64,000 nt of DNA from a virus (IMGVR_UViG_3300014489_000001:1-64000), one strand, 5' to 3'. Positions 9,278 through 19,932 are shown, counted from the stretch's first letter. Translations and numbers: made by a program. Notes: a model not told the origin generated them from the sequence alone.

Positions 9278-9524
9278 ACTTACTCCTAATCAGGCTACAC
9301 ACGACATCCCTGATTTCAAGTATAGCGCACTTTGGTATTGACAAGATGAAACGTAGACCATTTGATTCTGGATTCTGGTCCATACAGATGGTTATGAATT
9401 CTGGATTGTCAATTACAACCCATCCAACGGCTTCGAGCGTCGCTGGACCGCCGATGTCCTCTAGCCAATGTGTGCCTAAAGGCATCATCGACGAATCCAG
9501 ATACTTGATCCAAATCTTATCCAA
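9225..9524 (-). CDS. hypothetical protein
   Basis: 99-aa ORF. Confidence 0.35.
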   Translation of the reverse strand: MDKIWIKYLDSSMMPLGTHWLEDIGGPATLEAVGWVVIDNPEFITICMDQNPESNGLRFILSIPKCAILEIRDVVCSLIRSKYDSKGTTVPSKQVDNES

Positions 9525-9849
9525 GCTTTATCTTCTTCTTTTGTGCCTCGACTTGCTTGCCCAAAGCTTCGGCTTCCTCAGGAGTTGAGGGTTGGACTAC
9601 CTTGCCGTTCTGACGGTCGTATTCGCTCTTGATATACCCGGTCACGGACGCGATGAAAGCGATTCCTTCTTGCTGAGTCTTGACCGGTGCCATGAGGATT
9701 TTGCAACCACGCATCATGGCTACGACGGCCAGCTGCATGATCGGCTGCTTCTCAGCATCCTCACCGACTTTGAAATCCTCGAACGTGAACGCGTCGATAC
9801 CTTCTGCATTAATCGCACTGCCATCTGCTGCCTTCAACCAAAGAAGCAT
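9517..9849 (-). CDS. hypothetical protein
   Basis: 110-aa ORF. Confidence 0.4.
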   Translation of the reverse strand: MLLWLKAADGSAINAEGIDAFTFEDFKVGEDAEKQPIMQLAVVAMMRGCKILMAPVKTQQEGIAFIASVTGYIKSEYDRQNGKVVQPSTPEEAEALGKQVEAQKKKIKLG

Positions 9850-10060
9850 GAATCAATTCTCCTAAGTAACTTTAAAGGGTCGTGTACCTTGAGCAGTTTT
9901 AATTAAGACAATATGCTCGTGACTCTTTCCCTCAATGAGAAATTTGTACACAGCAAGTGCCTTAGCAATAACATGAACATCATCTTTCGATTTAGAGCGT
10001 TTCTTCAAATCGTCGAAACGCTTTTCGTGCTCATCATCCAAGTTGATTACGATTGCTCGA

Positions 10061-10264
10061 CTAATCTGTTTCTCCTAAAATCTCGGCCAGTCGACTGAGC
10101 TTCAACTTCGCTGCTTCCCCCTTGTCGAAAGTTTCCACATCGACACACTCCCCATCGACCAACTGTGCAAAGACAGTATGGGCTTTGTAGGTATTTTTGA
10201 TTCCAAACTTCACGATGTGAAGTTCATTAACCAAAGTATTGCCATCAGAGTTCATTACCCACAT
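10061..10264 (-). CDS. hypothetical protein
   Basis: 67-aa ORF. Confidence 0.3.
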   Translation of the reverse strand: MWVMNSDGNTLVNELHIVKFGIKNTYKAHTVFAQLVDGECVDVETFDKGEAAKLKLSRLAEILGETD

Positions 10265-10530
10265 ACTCGTCTCCCTGGTAATTCTCGATCAAAATCGCCT
10301 AGCGAACGAAAGAACTCAGCGGTGAACCGGCCACCCGTAGCAGCCGATAAAACTTGATTGGTCGCATGAAGCTCGACGCAATGCTTATGCAGCATTTGTC
10401 TAGGGATATACTGCTTGCCAATTGTATACAACCGAAGATTCTCGAATTTGGGATCAAGCAATGGAGCCATGACGTAACCTCTTTTGAAGATTGCGACGCT
10501 GACGCACGACACGTTGAAGGTTTTCAGCAC
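10255..10530 (-). CDS. hypothetical protein
   Basis: 91-aa ORF. Confidence 0.35.
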   Translation of the reverse strand: MLKTFNVSCVSVAIFKRGYVMAPLLDPKFENLRLYTIGKQYIPRQMLHKHCVELHATNQVLSAATGGRFTAEFFRSLGDFDRELPGRRVCG

Positions 10531-10644
10531 GTTCCGCTTCTATGAGTCGAAACGTACCATCCATGATTTCATAACAATGTAGACCCATCTTACAGATATG
10601 GTGGCTTGTTTGGTACGGCGATCGTAGTCGTAGACCAGGTACGT

Positions 10645-11064
10645 TCATTTGAGTTTGTCCTTTAACCACCTAACACCTTTGTTGAGCTTGCCGGCTATTT
10701 CCTCCAAGGTTAGCTCTGGGTGTTCCTTGATTAGCCGAAGCAAGCACTGTTTGTATTCCGTCTTGCTCGTCTCAATGTGATGATGCGGAGCGAGAAGTTG
10801 AGATTCTACAATCTCTCGCTCAGTCATCGTATGAATCGTCGCTGGTATTTCAAGAATTCCTAATTCACGACACGCACGAACCCTGTGCCGCCCATTCAGC
10901 AACTTGTAATCGTTGCCGACCAGGGCGACATCTATTGGCATCAAGACGCCAAGTCGCTTGATGCTATCGCGAATAGCGAAGTAAGTAGCATCGTGCATAT
11001 CTTTCATGGATGTCGAAAGAATCTTGTTAACTGGTATTATGGTAATCGTTTCCTCCCTTGCCAA
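10645..11064 (-). CDS. ParB-like nuclease domain (ParBc/sulfiredoxin-like) protein
   Basis: GRHRVRACRELG matches the ParB N-terminal GxHR box; 139 aa, no HTH partition domain. Confidence 0.6.
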   Translation of the reverse strand: MAREETITIIPVNKILSTSMKDMHDATYFAIRDSIKRLGVLMPIDVALVGNDYKLLNGRHRVRACRELGILEIPATIHTMTEREIVESQLLAPHHHIETSKTEYKQCLLRLIKEHPELTLEEIAGKLNKGVRWLKDKLK

Positions 11065-11099
11065 AAATCCTCAGGTTCTGGTATGACCTTCACTGACCT

Positions 11100-11921
11100 T
11101 CACTCGATACGTATTTTATACGTACCAGACGAAACATTGTTCCACGGTGAACCAATGATTCTAAGTTCAAGCTTACCACGTGGTAAATTTGTAGCAGTAA
11201 AGAAGTCCCCAACTACAAACTCTTTGTTATCAGAACCACGACCCATGAGAGCGCCAGCCGGATATATGCCACCTTTACCGGCCGTAGTGTAGCCTTTAGG
11301 GCCGCAGACATATTGCCCTGGACCTTGCGGCCAAATATCTACTTGCCCTGTCGCATTAATCGTTACGTGACCGTCAAAGACCTGGCCGACTTCTTGCCAT
11401 TCACTATTGGCAGCATCAAGTTCGACATCACGTTCTGGTTGTTTGCATACGATTAACTTCACCTGACTCATCTTGATCTTGAGCGGGCCGAGCGACTCAC
11501 TGACACCTTCGATCTCAGTCTGCTTGATTTCACCGGACATATAGCCGCTTGATATGGCTATGCTATCGAGAATCGGTGGCCGGTTACCCATGCCATCAAT
11601 CAGTTGTTGGACACGTTTATTTATTTCCTGGTCAGGGTCTTTCTGCAATGGCTGGATGTATTTCCACGCACCACGAGGATTGTCCTTGAGAAATTTGGTC
11701 GAAGACACGCGATCGCCGTACTTCTCATTGCCGAGACTTTTGACGGCATTGATGAACTGTTCCGGATTATCGACGTGGATACCAAAGGTAATATCTCGCG
11801 CCTCTTTGAGCGGAATCTTCAACGCTCCATACTTGGTCTGAACGTCGAACGCAGTGTCATTGTTTACTTTCAGGTTGACACTGCTCCCGTCCAGTAGCGT
11901 GATCACTAGAAGCAGGTACAT
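11100..11921 (-). CDS. secreted hypothetical protein (signal peptide)
   Basis: N-terminal hydrophobic MYLLLVITLL; 273 aa, Gly-rich C-terminal half. Confidence 0.45.
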   Translation of the reverse strand: MYLLLVITLLDGSSVNLKVNNDTAFDVQTKYGALKIPLKEARDITFGIHVDNPEQFINAVKSLGNEKYGDRVSSTKFLKDNPRGAWKYIQPLQKDPDQEINKRVQQLIDGMGNRPPILDSIAISSGYMSGEIKQTEIEGVSESLGPLKIKMSQVKLIVCKQPERDVELDAANSEWQEVGQVFDGHVTINATGQVDIWPQGPGQYVCGPKGYTTAGKGGIYPAGALMGRGSDNKEFVVGDFFTATNLPRGKLELRIIGSPWNNVSSGTYKIRIE

Positions 11922-12323
11922 TGGTGCATTCCTTTTTGTAAAAGTTAATCAGGTCATAGACGCCACGCATGACGCCTGACACATGAACTTTGTTGAGAAG
12001 ATATCCTTCACTGGTTTTATCTTGCTCACCCGCCAATCTCCGAAGTTTTGCCTGGAGATCGTTCGCTATCGTCTCTGCTATCGAACAGAGAAGCAAGGTC
12101 GATGGTTGCGAAGACGCCGTTATGTTCATAATCTGCCGGGTCAAGTAGAGTAATGTTTAAGATACAACGACCGTCAGGAAGTTCCTCTGGCACAATTTCG
12201 TATTGCCCTAGGCTAATCATCAGATTCAAGAGTTACCTCCTGGTCCGGGTGGAACTTGAAGATTCGGTCCGAAGGGTAATCCTTTGACGGTGAAACATTG
12301 TCCATGATTCAGTTTGTCAAGTT

Positions 12324-12974
12324 TCATAGGACTGCATCCTCCGCATGAAGCATTGCTTTACCTTTGTCCACCGTGACATACGTTCCTGGTTTCTCTACCC
12401 AACAACCAGTGTTGAAGTAGCTATGATTATGGAACTTGATGTGCGTTGGATAGTGAGTATGTCCGCAGATTACTGTGTTATACTCAAGACTCAATGCACC
12501 CTTGGCTACCTTGTCGATACACTTGATGAACTTCTTTATGATTCGCTTGGCTTTCTTTGCCAGCTTGTGGTCTGGATCAAGCCGTTGCAAACCGCCGTAG
12601 ATGAAGTCACCAACGTACTCGATAAGTGGAAACTTGCCAAGGAAATCGTCCCACTTATGGCCGTGAGTAATATGGAAAGTATTGCCATCGTCTATGAACG
12701 TCATGTTCTCTACAAACGGTACACCAAGTACCATGCTGGCTTTCTCGGCTGATTCTTCATGGTTGCCGGCAATCAGAGTCTTATTTGACCAATCGCGAAT
12801 TGCATTCAACACACGCCAGTGACTCTTCTTGAACCTCTTGAAATTGTAGTCATCAATGAGGTCACCAGCCACGATTAACTCAGTTGCCGGGTCAATAGAC
12901 TCAAGGAATCGGAGGAACAGTTTCGCTTCGCAGGCTTCCGACCCCAGGTGTAAATCCGATACGATGAGTTTCAT
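12324..12974 (-). CDS. calcineurin-like metallophosphoesterase (LpxH/YfcE-like)
   Basis: MKLIVSDLHLG, GDLID, GNHE, GHTH motifs. Confidence 0.7.
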   Translation of the reverse strand: MKLIVSDLHLGSEACEAKLFLRFLESIDPATELIVAGDLIDDYNFKRFKKSHWRVLNAIRDWSNKTLIAGNHEESAEKASMVLGVPFVENMTFIDDGNTFHITHGHKWDDFLGKFPLIEYVGDFIYGGLQRLDPDHKLAKKAKRIIKKFIKCIDKVAKGALSLEYNTVICGHTHYPTHIKFHNHSYFNTGCWVEKPGTYVTVDKGKAMLHAEDAVL

Positions 12975-13130
12975 AAGGAATCTCCAGAGTCATTTCTGCC
13001 ACGTCAGAACCATCGTTTTGGCTGAGGACCTCGACAACGATTTCCTTGTCACTTACGCTGAGTCTAACGAGATAGTTATCCGAGACAGCAAACACATCAC
13101 CTTCACAGATTACTGCTCTGAGTTTGGGAT

Positions 13131-13412
13131 TCATATTTCCAGCTTTTCCACAAGGGCCACCACGTCATCGAATCCGTGAGTGTCATTCCACCCACCAATA
13201 CATTCCTGACCAATTTCTTCCCTGATGGCTTTGAAAATTCTTTCTCGGTCGTCATATTGAGGGTAGAACATGTACACGGCACCGTAGAGGCATAGACCGC
13301 AAATCTTAGATAGATTGCTAGGACTGCAACCTGTTTCTTCGCCATTTGCATCTACGGCGGCATGTCTCTGGCACCAACACTCAGGACTTTTGAACCAATT
13401 CTTGATTAGCAT
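13131..13412 (-). CDS. small conserved hypothetical protein, third paralog (with 3246..3542, 8987..9277)
   Basis: W-x-Q-x-AAVDANGEETGC...GAVYM...WNDTHGF pattern. Confidence 0.45.
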   Translation of the reverse strand: MLIKNWFKSPECWCQRHAAVDANGEETGCSPSNLSKICGLCLYGAVYMFYPQYDDRERIFKAIREEIGQECIGGWNDTHGFDDVVALVEKLEI

Positions 13413-13953
13413 TGAAGTACCTGTGAAGTTCGTTTGTGACGTAATTCAACGTCGGCAACGCATGTAAACGATTCCAAGGTCGCGGGACTTGAATCGCCGG
13501 ACCACCAGCCTCGATCCACGCATCCACGTTCTTGTCGTAATCGTCAATCAGCAATTTGCCAGGAGCAGCAATTGCTTCCTTGCCTGAACCTACCAATATA
13601 CGACGCGTGAATCGTGGCATATTCTTACGAACCCAATACAACTTACCATCGACACACCCAGGCGTTGCAACGGGACTCGTCAGCAACGTAATTTGTTTCT
13701 CAGGCACGTAGCGAACCAATCGACCAAGGATTGCACTGGCACCAGTCATCCAATCCAACTTCGCCCAGAAATCGTAGCCGAGTGGACTCCAGAATTCATT
13801 CGGAGTCATATTGAAAATCTTATCCAGGTGATAATTACCCAAATTCACTTCATTGCTATAAGGATCGTCACAATTGAAGTGCTTGCAAATACCAGCAACC
13901 AAATCTACCAGCACGCCGTCCAAATCCAAGAAGATCTCAATCTTCATACCCAT
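13381..13953 (-). CDS. HAD-family 5'(3')-deoxyribonucleotidase (NT5C-like)
   Basis: IFLDLDGVLVD HAD motif I; size and motifs fit NT5C. Confidence 0.65.
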   Translation of the reverse strand: MGMKIEIFLDLDGVLVDLVAGICKHFNCDDPYSNEVNLGNYHLDKIFNMTPNEFWSPLGYDFWAKLDWMTGASAILGRLVRYVPEKQITLLTSPVATPGCVDGKLYWVRKNMPRFTRRILVGSGKEAIAAPGKLLIDDYDKNVDAWIEAGGPAIQVPRPWNRLHALPTLNYVTNELHRYFNANQELVQKS

Positions 13954-14054
13954 GCTCCAACAAATCGTTGAGTTCCTTCGAGTCGCAAGTAAAATCGATA
14001 GGATTGCCGCCCATCAATTTGATGGTACAATACCCGTCGTGAACTCCGATTTCC

Positions 14055-14885
14055 TCAATCCGAGAAACATTGATCCACCTGTTCCCTAGCACTAAGAAGG
14101 TACTTTTTCCTAAGCCCCTTAGCACTACCACATGACCGCCGTGTCCAATGGAATAATCTGGTTCGCTCCGCTTCACTTCCGCTGTTTCTTTCGGCATATC
14201 TGACCCTAGTGAAAATTCTTGCTTGTATCTGCCGGATACGTTCACGGGATACACCAACACGTTCGCCAGTTGTCTGGAGTGTCATTTTCAAAAAGAAACG
14301 ACACTCGATAATTAGTCGCTCTCTAGCGGTAAGCAACTCCATGAACCACAAAGAATCTTTTTCTACCTCTTTGTGTTGATCTCGACCGATTTCCGGTACA
14401 TCAGTCTTAAGTCGACTAAGTTCGACCATTATCTTCGGTGGTGGTAAAATTTCAGTCTCTTGAACTTCCGGTATGTCCCACTCAACGCCACCAAACCCAG
14501 TTTCACCCCTCAATCGTTGTTGCAATGCAGCTCTACGTCTTTTGCTGGTGCTTGATGGAATACGAATCAAGTCGCCAGTTATCTGAGCTTGAGACATGGC
14601 TTGACGCACGCACCAGTGCATGTGTGTAACCAATCGTGTACCGAGCTTCATGTCGAACGATTCAATGGACCTAAGGATTCCAACCATTGCCCATTGAGCA
14701 TAATCCTCATCATCCATGCCTTTGCCGTTATACTTCTGGGAGAGTTTTACCCCATAACGCATCAGCGACATGACAAGCTGGTCTCTTGCTTCCTGGTTCC
14801 CCCGTCTCGCTTGGCGAACCAGTTGGCGTTCCTCTTTCACTGTCAGTTGAGCGATAGAGTGTATTAGGAGATTCTGCATAGTCAT
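14055..14885 (-). CDS. RNA polymerase sigma-70 family factor (regions 2 and 4); C-terminal extent uncertain (ORF 13937..14260 overlaps its 3' end in another frame)
   Basis: LTARERLIIECRF...TLQTTGERVGVSRERIRQIQARI (region 4.2 HTH); region-2-like N-terminal part. Confidence 0.65.
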   Translation of the reverse strand: MTMQNLLIHSIAQLTVKEERQLVRQARRGNQEARDQLVMSLMRYGVKLSQKYNGKGMDDEDYAQWAMVGILRSIESFDMKLGTRLVTHMHWCVRQAMSQAQITGDLIRIPSSTSKRRRAALQQRLRGETGFGGVEWDIPEVQETEILPPPKIMVELSRLKTDVPEIGRDQHKEVEKDSLWFMELLTARERLIIECRFFLKMTLQTTGERVGVSRERIRQIQARIFTRVRYAERNSGSEAERTRLFHWTRRSCGSAKGLRKKYLLSAREQVDQCFSD

Positions 14886-14903
14886 CGTGGTTTTCCTGTA
14901 AGA

Positions 14904-15341
14904 TTACGTCTGGCTCTGCATCCCATTCGAATCGATAAAGCGTTCTGGGGCAACTGGCAAGTTCGGTCGCGAAGCAAGCGTCTGGGAAGAATCCATCTGG
15001 ACGCATGAGGACGTATTCTCGTCCATCGAGTTTGAACATGGTTCCGAAGTGGCAGTCTCTAAGGTACATCGTTTCTCCCGTAAGCCGTTAAAAAGGCTAT
15101 CCACGTAATCAATGGCATGTTCGACGGTCTCAAACTCAGCCAAGAGAGTACAATGAATGCAATCGTAAAACCCCTTCACTTCATACTTCTTGCTGTCGTC
15201 ACTATAATCCGTCATAACAGACATGATGCGATCCAGGTTCACTATCGAACCTTTGGTACCTTTGATCCAGTTCATATGATGCATACCTCCACGCCAGCCT
15301 CTCCGAACAATTCCATCGACAAGTCCATGTCTTCTTTCCAT
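14904..15341 (-). CDS. hypothetical protein
   Basis: 145-aa ORF. Confidence 0.4.
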   Translation of the reverse strand: MERRHGLVDGIVRRGWRGGMHHMNWIKGTKGSIVNLDRIMSVMTDYSDDSKKYEVKGFYDCIHCTLLAEFETVEHAIDYVDSLFNGLREKRCTLETATSEPCSNSMDENTSSCVQMDSSQTLASRPNLPVAPERFIDSNGMQSQT

Positions 15342-15703
15342 CGCTCCAGCTTATCGGCAGGAATCGCTGGTGCCACATGACGCTTGATTCCGGCTGTAAT
15401 AACCATGGATGCGCAAGTTGAGCATGACATGAAAGGCCACGTATATAACGTCGCCCCATGCAGCGATTCCCTTGCGTATAGCATTGCATTCCGTTCGCAG
15501 TGCATGATAATCTTGTACTTCAATTCTCGATTGTGAAGACGTTCATGCGTGTCTTCAATGCCGGGCGGGAGTCCATTGAACCCTATAGACACGACACGTT
15601 TCCCGTGCGTAATGACAGCACCAGTCTGGGTGCTGGGGTCTTTGGACCATTTGGCGATGAATTGTGCTAGACTAACGAATCGGTGGTCCCACTTATTGGT
15701 CAT
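15272..15703 (-). CDS. dCMP deaminase (cytidine/deoxycytidylate deaminase family)
   Basis: HCERNA (H-x-E zinc motif) and SCSTCA (PCxxC). Confidence 0.75.
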   Translation of the reverse strand: MTNKWDHRFVSLAQFIAKWSKDPSTQTGAVITHGKRVVSIGFNGLPPGIEDTHERLHNRELKYKIIMHCERNAMLYARESLHGATLYTWPFMSCSTCASMVITAGIKRHVAPAIPADKLERWKEDMDLSMELFGEAGVEVCII

Positions 15704-15975
15704 AGTTCCCTGTAGAAAAGATGGAAAACGGTATTACGCATTTGGAAAGTTCCTAGGAATTTGTAAGCATCCAAGTTGGCAAAATTAAAGCCAGTCTCAA
15801 CCTGAAATACTTCAATTGAGACTTGTTTTTCGGTAGCATGGACAGCAACCCACATGACCAATTGGTCGTGCTGCCATTGCACGCTAAGGATTTTATATCC
15901 TTCCGGCAATTGCATGAAGTTATTAACTTCATATTTCCAGATCGTTGTATTCTGCATCGATTTCCTCCGGATCAT
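15700..15975 (-). CDS. hypothetical protein
   Basis: 91-aa ORF. Confidence 0.35.
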   Translation of the reverse strand: MIRRKSMQNTTIWKYEVNNFMQLPEGYKILSVQWQHDQLVMWVAVHATEKQVSIEVFQVETGFNFANLDAYKFLGTFQMRNTVFHLFYREL

Positions 15976-15987
15976 CTGGAACAGTAA

Positions 15988-16245
15988 TTAGTAAGGTGTT
16001 TCCCATGGTTCAAGCACCAATACTGAACAATCAGGGTGCAACACTTGTTCCATCTCGGTGTCAACAGAATCGCGATCCTTAGCGAAACAACAAGAAATTT
16101 CACGCCAACCCGTCTTCTCAAAACGCATCCAAATGTGGAATGTCTTGAGTCGCGGTGACTCTATGACTCCGCGAATCAAGAATACAATGACAGTAATGGT
16201 GGCTATGATAGCCGACATTACCAACCACACGATTATGAGGATCAT
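15988..16245 (-). CDS. small membrane protein
   Basis: N-terminal TM segment MILIIVWLVMSAIIATITVIVFLI. Confidence 0.4.
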   Translation of the reverse strand: MILIIVWLVMSAIIATITVIVFLIRGVIESPRLKTFHIWMRFEKTGWREISCCFAKDRDSVDTEMEQVLHPDCSVLVLEPWETPY

Positions 16246-17435
16246 GCTTTCCTCCAGTACCGGGCTTCTTTCGGAATCCCGGCATCAGTCAGTTCTCGGT
16301 AGCGGAACGTCACTTGACTACCGCGAGGGAACTTTTCGTTTGTGATCCATGATGGAACTTCTTTTTCAGGGTTCGCTGTTGCCCAATCCTTGGCCGCAAA
16401 AGCCGTCTGGTCAACTTGATAATTGCCAAATAACTCACGTTCTTCTTCCTTGAATCCGCTAAGCTCAAGACGATGGCCGTTGTACGTCGTAATCAAGGCA
16501 CCCATCATGCCAAGTAACTTGCTGCCCTTGTCAGTCTCACGGCCAGTCGTGTAGCCAATCACCGTGGCTTCGGCGTCTTGGAACTTCTTGACCTTGAGCA
16601 GATTATAGGATCGCTTAGGTTCCCACATCGACGTTGGCTTCCGAAGGATTAACCCTTCGCCGCCATCGTTGGTGACATTGGTCAGATACGTGTTCAAGTC
16701 GTCCAACGCAGTTTGCGTTGCAAACGGCAACCGAATCTGGCCTAGCAGTTTCAGATTCTTGGTCTCGACAAGATACTTCTTGAGAAAGTTATTCGTGCTC
16801 TCGAAGCAATCCATGAAGACTTCGCGGACCTTTGTTTCTTTCTTCCACCACGGATAACAACCACGGAGGTAGACTTTGTAGGTCTGGACCCGAACATCGC
16901 CATCCATGAACAACAAACACGGTGGCGGCGAATCGAAGACCTGGTAGATTACACCATCCCACTCATGGCTGGGATTCAAGTGTTTAACGATGCCTGTCAT
17001 TGTCTGAAACGAGTTGCGGCCGCACCAAAGCTCGCCGTCCAAACAAAAGTCTGGCAGAGCATCCAAGAACCAGTCGGGGGCATGGAGGATGTTACCATAC
17101 CTCGTCCACAGACCGGTCGCAATCGGTGTCTCAACATACCGGGCATCCTTCTCGGTATTAGCATACGGGACTTCTGACGCAGGAACCCCGCGACTTCGAC
17201 CACCATCCCACCACGCACGCATCCCGTCGAGCTTTTCACTGACAAACCAACCCGCAATGGTTTGACGTTGCTGCTCATACACATGAGCAAGTTGGACATA
17301 ATCACGTTTCAAGCTGTCACGGCTCGCCATATTAGATTCCCCTAACCAAGGCAAAGGAACGGATGTTCGATTTGTGAATCCAGCCATGCAGGAAAAGCAT
17401 GACATAGCTTTTATTGCGGTCTTTGAACTTGTCAA
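16242..17435 (-). CDS. ATP-dependent DNA ligase
   Basis: adenylation motif SEKLDGMR (KxDG), EGLILRKP (motif IV), LLKVKK (motif V). Confidence 0.75.
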   Translation of the reverse strand: MTSSKTAIKAMSCFSCMAGFTNRTSVPLPWLGESNMASRDSLKRDYVQLAHVYEQQRQTIAGWFVSEKLDGMRAWWDGGRSRGVPASEVPYANTEKDARYVETPIATGLWTRYGNILHAPDWFLDALPDFCLDGELWCGRNSFQTMTGIVKHLNPSHEWDGVIYQVFDSPPPCLLFMDGDVRVQTYKVYLRGCYPWWKKETKVREVFMDCFESTNNFLKKYLVETKNLKLLGQIRLPFATQTALDDLNTYLTNVTNDGGEGLILRKPTSMWEPKRSYNLLKVKKFQDAEATVIGYTTGRETDKGSKLLGMMGALITTYNGHRLELSGFKEEERELFGNYQVDQTAFAAKDWATANPEKEVPSWITNEKFPRGSQVTFRYRELTDAGIPKEARYWRKA

Positions 17436-17842
17436 GAACCACTTGACCGTTCTTCGAGATTATCCTAACCTTCTTTCCTCGTGGAGCGGCAGTATGAAGG
17501 CTCATTTGACATGTCCTATGTAAAGGGCAAAAAGTTCGTCCAAAATCGCTTGGACTGCCAGGAAATCAGATTCATTGTGCGTGGGTGTGTATCCAGCAAG
17601 AGTGCATCGTTGATTCTCAGCTTGAAATCCAGCCACAGATATTTGTGCATCCGTTATGGCTTTCAAGCAAAGCAAGAATTCTTGATTCATGAGAAATACA
17701 CCACGATGAAAAAGAGATACAAAACAGCCACAAGGACTGCGACTACTCCGTATAACCAAATTGACTTATTCATAGATTCTCAAAAGCCAGAGAAGACACT
17801 GGAGGAACGCTGCGATTCCCCACAGTGTCAAATAGAGACGCC

Positions 17843-18106
17843 TCAAGGCATTTCCCTCGGTCCATTGATGGACAGAATCTCGTTGTGTTTGAGATATCGC
17901 TTGTGGCCGTTTGGATACACGATCCAGGCGTCTCCCTTGCTAATCGCAGGCTTCTCGTAAAAGTTGGGGATTTCAAGACGAGGTTGACTCTGGGCATCCG
18001 CTTTGAACAAGAAGACGCCAATGGCAAACAGGGCAACGGTAAAGATAATCGTTTTCATTGTCTGGTTCCTTTCAAAAGTGGGGAGGGTGACAATGGCGTT
18101 AGCCAC
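17843..18106 (-). CDS. small secreted protein
   Basis: signal-peptide-like MKTIIFTVALFAIGVFLFKADA. Confidence 0.4.
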   Translation of the reverse strand: MANAIVTLPTFERNQTMKTIIFTVALFAIGVFLFKADAQSQPRLEIPNFYEKPAISKGDAWIVYPNGHKRYLKHNEILSINGPREMP

Positions 18107-18139
18107 CCTCCCCGTCGGGTGCGGTCCGGGACCGCAGTA

Positions 18140-18673
18140 TTACCCTTCGCCTCCAAGCTCATTCCACCAGCCATAGCCGGTGAGATCGTAGCCGTCAAGA
18201 GGGTCGGGATAGCCGTCAAGATTACACGGCAACTGTTGTTGTTCTTGTAGCGGTTTCAAAGCCGCCTGGAGCGGAAGTCGTTGGTGTTCCATCGTGAGCC
18301 GTTGTTGCTCACGAACAGCCTGAAACGGCAACAGTTTCGGGGTGGCGTCTTCCAGAGCCGAATCAGAGAAGAAAGGTCCATCATGAGCGAGCCGCAAAAT
18401 CTCGCGGCAGGTCTCGATTCTCAATTCCACTGGTACGGTGGCACCGGTGCTGAACGATCCCTGAACATCCAGTGCCGTCTGGTGGATCGCGTCTGCGATT
18501 GGCTTAATCGCTTCGTGCAATTCCAGTCGCTCGTCATAGTTGAGTCCACGTCCTACGCCAAGCGCCACTGACACTTGACGCATGTGCTCTTTCCTCGTCA
18601 TTCTTACACTTCCTCGATTTTTAGAGAATGCGCTGGATTCAGACTGGGCGCGTGTACCTAACGTACACACCAC
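18140..18673 (-). CDS. hypothetical protein
   Basis: 177-aa ORF. Confidence 0.4.
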   Translation of the reverse strand: MVCTLGTRAQSESSAFSKNRGSVRMTRKEHMRQVSVALGVGRGLNYDERLELHEAIKPIADAIHQTALDVQGSFSTGATVPVELRIETCREILRLAHDGPFFSDSALEDATPKLLPFQAVREQQRLTMEHQRLPLQAALKPLQEQQQLPCNLDGYPDPLDGYDLTGYGWWNELGGEG

Positions 18674-18714
18674 TCACATGTTACATATCACACTCTCCCT
18701 TCTCTGAATAAGAG

Positions 18715-19932
18715 TTACTTTTTGTGTATCTCAAACGGGAAGATCGGAACCGTCGTTCCACCTTGCATAATCGTTTGAGGCACAACACCCGTCCAGCGGG
18801 ACCGCCAAACGGTTTCCATCTCAAGACCCTTCAACGCCAAGATCAAGTCCTTGGTCTTCTCAAGCTGTGCATAGCGATACGCTTCGGCATCAGCTTCGGT
18901 CCGAATTGCCAGTGACTTGGCTTTCGCAACCTCGATCTCGACGTTTACCGCGGCGAGTCTTGCTTTGGCTTCACCTTCGGCTCGTGCAATCGAAGCACGA
19001 GCTTACCCCTCAGCTGCCATGATGAGGGTTTTGTTGTCAATCTCTTGGTTCTGCAACTTCGTTTGTTGCTCGACTTTTTCCTTCTCTTGCATTGCCAATG
19101 CCGCAATCTTCAACTGTTGAGCTTGGACGGCATCGTCAATACTCTTCTGAATCGCAGGATTCCGAGGATGGAACCCGCCGATCATACCGAGTTTGGTGAT
19201 CGCGATTCCACGTCGTTTGAAGAATGGGACGACATCTTCTCGAACTGCTTCCACCAGTTCGTGCTGTGTTCCACGTAGCTTCTCGAATGTGTATTTCGAT
19301 GCAAAATCCGAAGTAACAGCCTGGACACGAATCCTAACTTCACTGTCCATGATATGTCCGAGTGTATCACCTTTGTAATAATACAAAAAGTGCTCAGCAC
19401 CTTCGGGACTCTTGTCGTCGGATTCGGGGATGTAGGCGGTACAGTTGAAATTGCAACCGAAGGCCATTCCATCTTTGCTCTGGGCAGAGATGGATTCGTC
19501 GGTGGTGTTGGTTCCTGTATGATGCTCACTTGTCCATTCCTTTCCGATAGTGGAGCGATCAACCTTGACGACACGTTTCTCGTCCAGGTAGTTGCCCCAC
19601 ACGTAGAGCCAGCCAGTCTGGTTCCACTTTTTGGGAATCTGAATTCGTTTGACGCCAATCTTGCCCTCGCCCAACATCTTGATTGAATCGACGTGCTTGA
19701 TGCCGCCGGTGCCATCGTCGAGCGGAAGAAGGAAGCCGGTTTCGTTGTTCTCGATTACCTCGAACTTAGGTGTGTTGTAAGGTGGTACGAAAAAGAACCA
19801 CACAATCAGAGCAACGAACACGATGATTCCAGCAGATACTGCCACCTTCAATTGAAGTTTTTGAGTCTTTGTCATCAGTTTCCTCAAGAGTAAAGAATCC
19901 AACATCGGGGAGGGACCGAAGTCCCTCCCCAC
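18715..19932 (-). pseudogene. SPFH/band-7 (prohibitin/HflK-like) membrane protein interrupted by an in-frame TAA at 19003-19005; pseudogene or read-through
   Basis: N-terminal TM plus SPFH core (…AITKLGMIGGF…IQKSIDDAVQAQQ). After TAA the same frame continues ARASIARAEGEAKARLAAVNVEIEVAKAKSLAIRTEADAEAYRYAQLEKTKDLILALKGLEMETVWRSRWTGVVPQTIMQGGTTVPIFPFEIHKK*, the typical SPFH coiled-coil C-terminus, ending at TAA 18715-18717. Confidence 0.6.

Noticed and set aside
10531-10647. Same-frame arrangement of ParB-like ORF 10645..11064 and ORF 10255..10530
   Set aside because: Manual translation finds a second stop (TAG at 10540-10542) between them, so no single read-through product.
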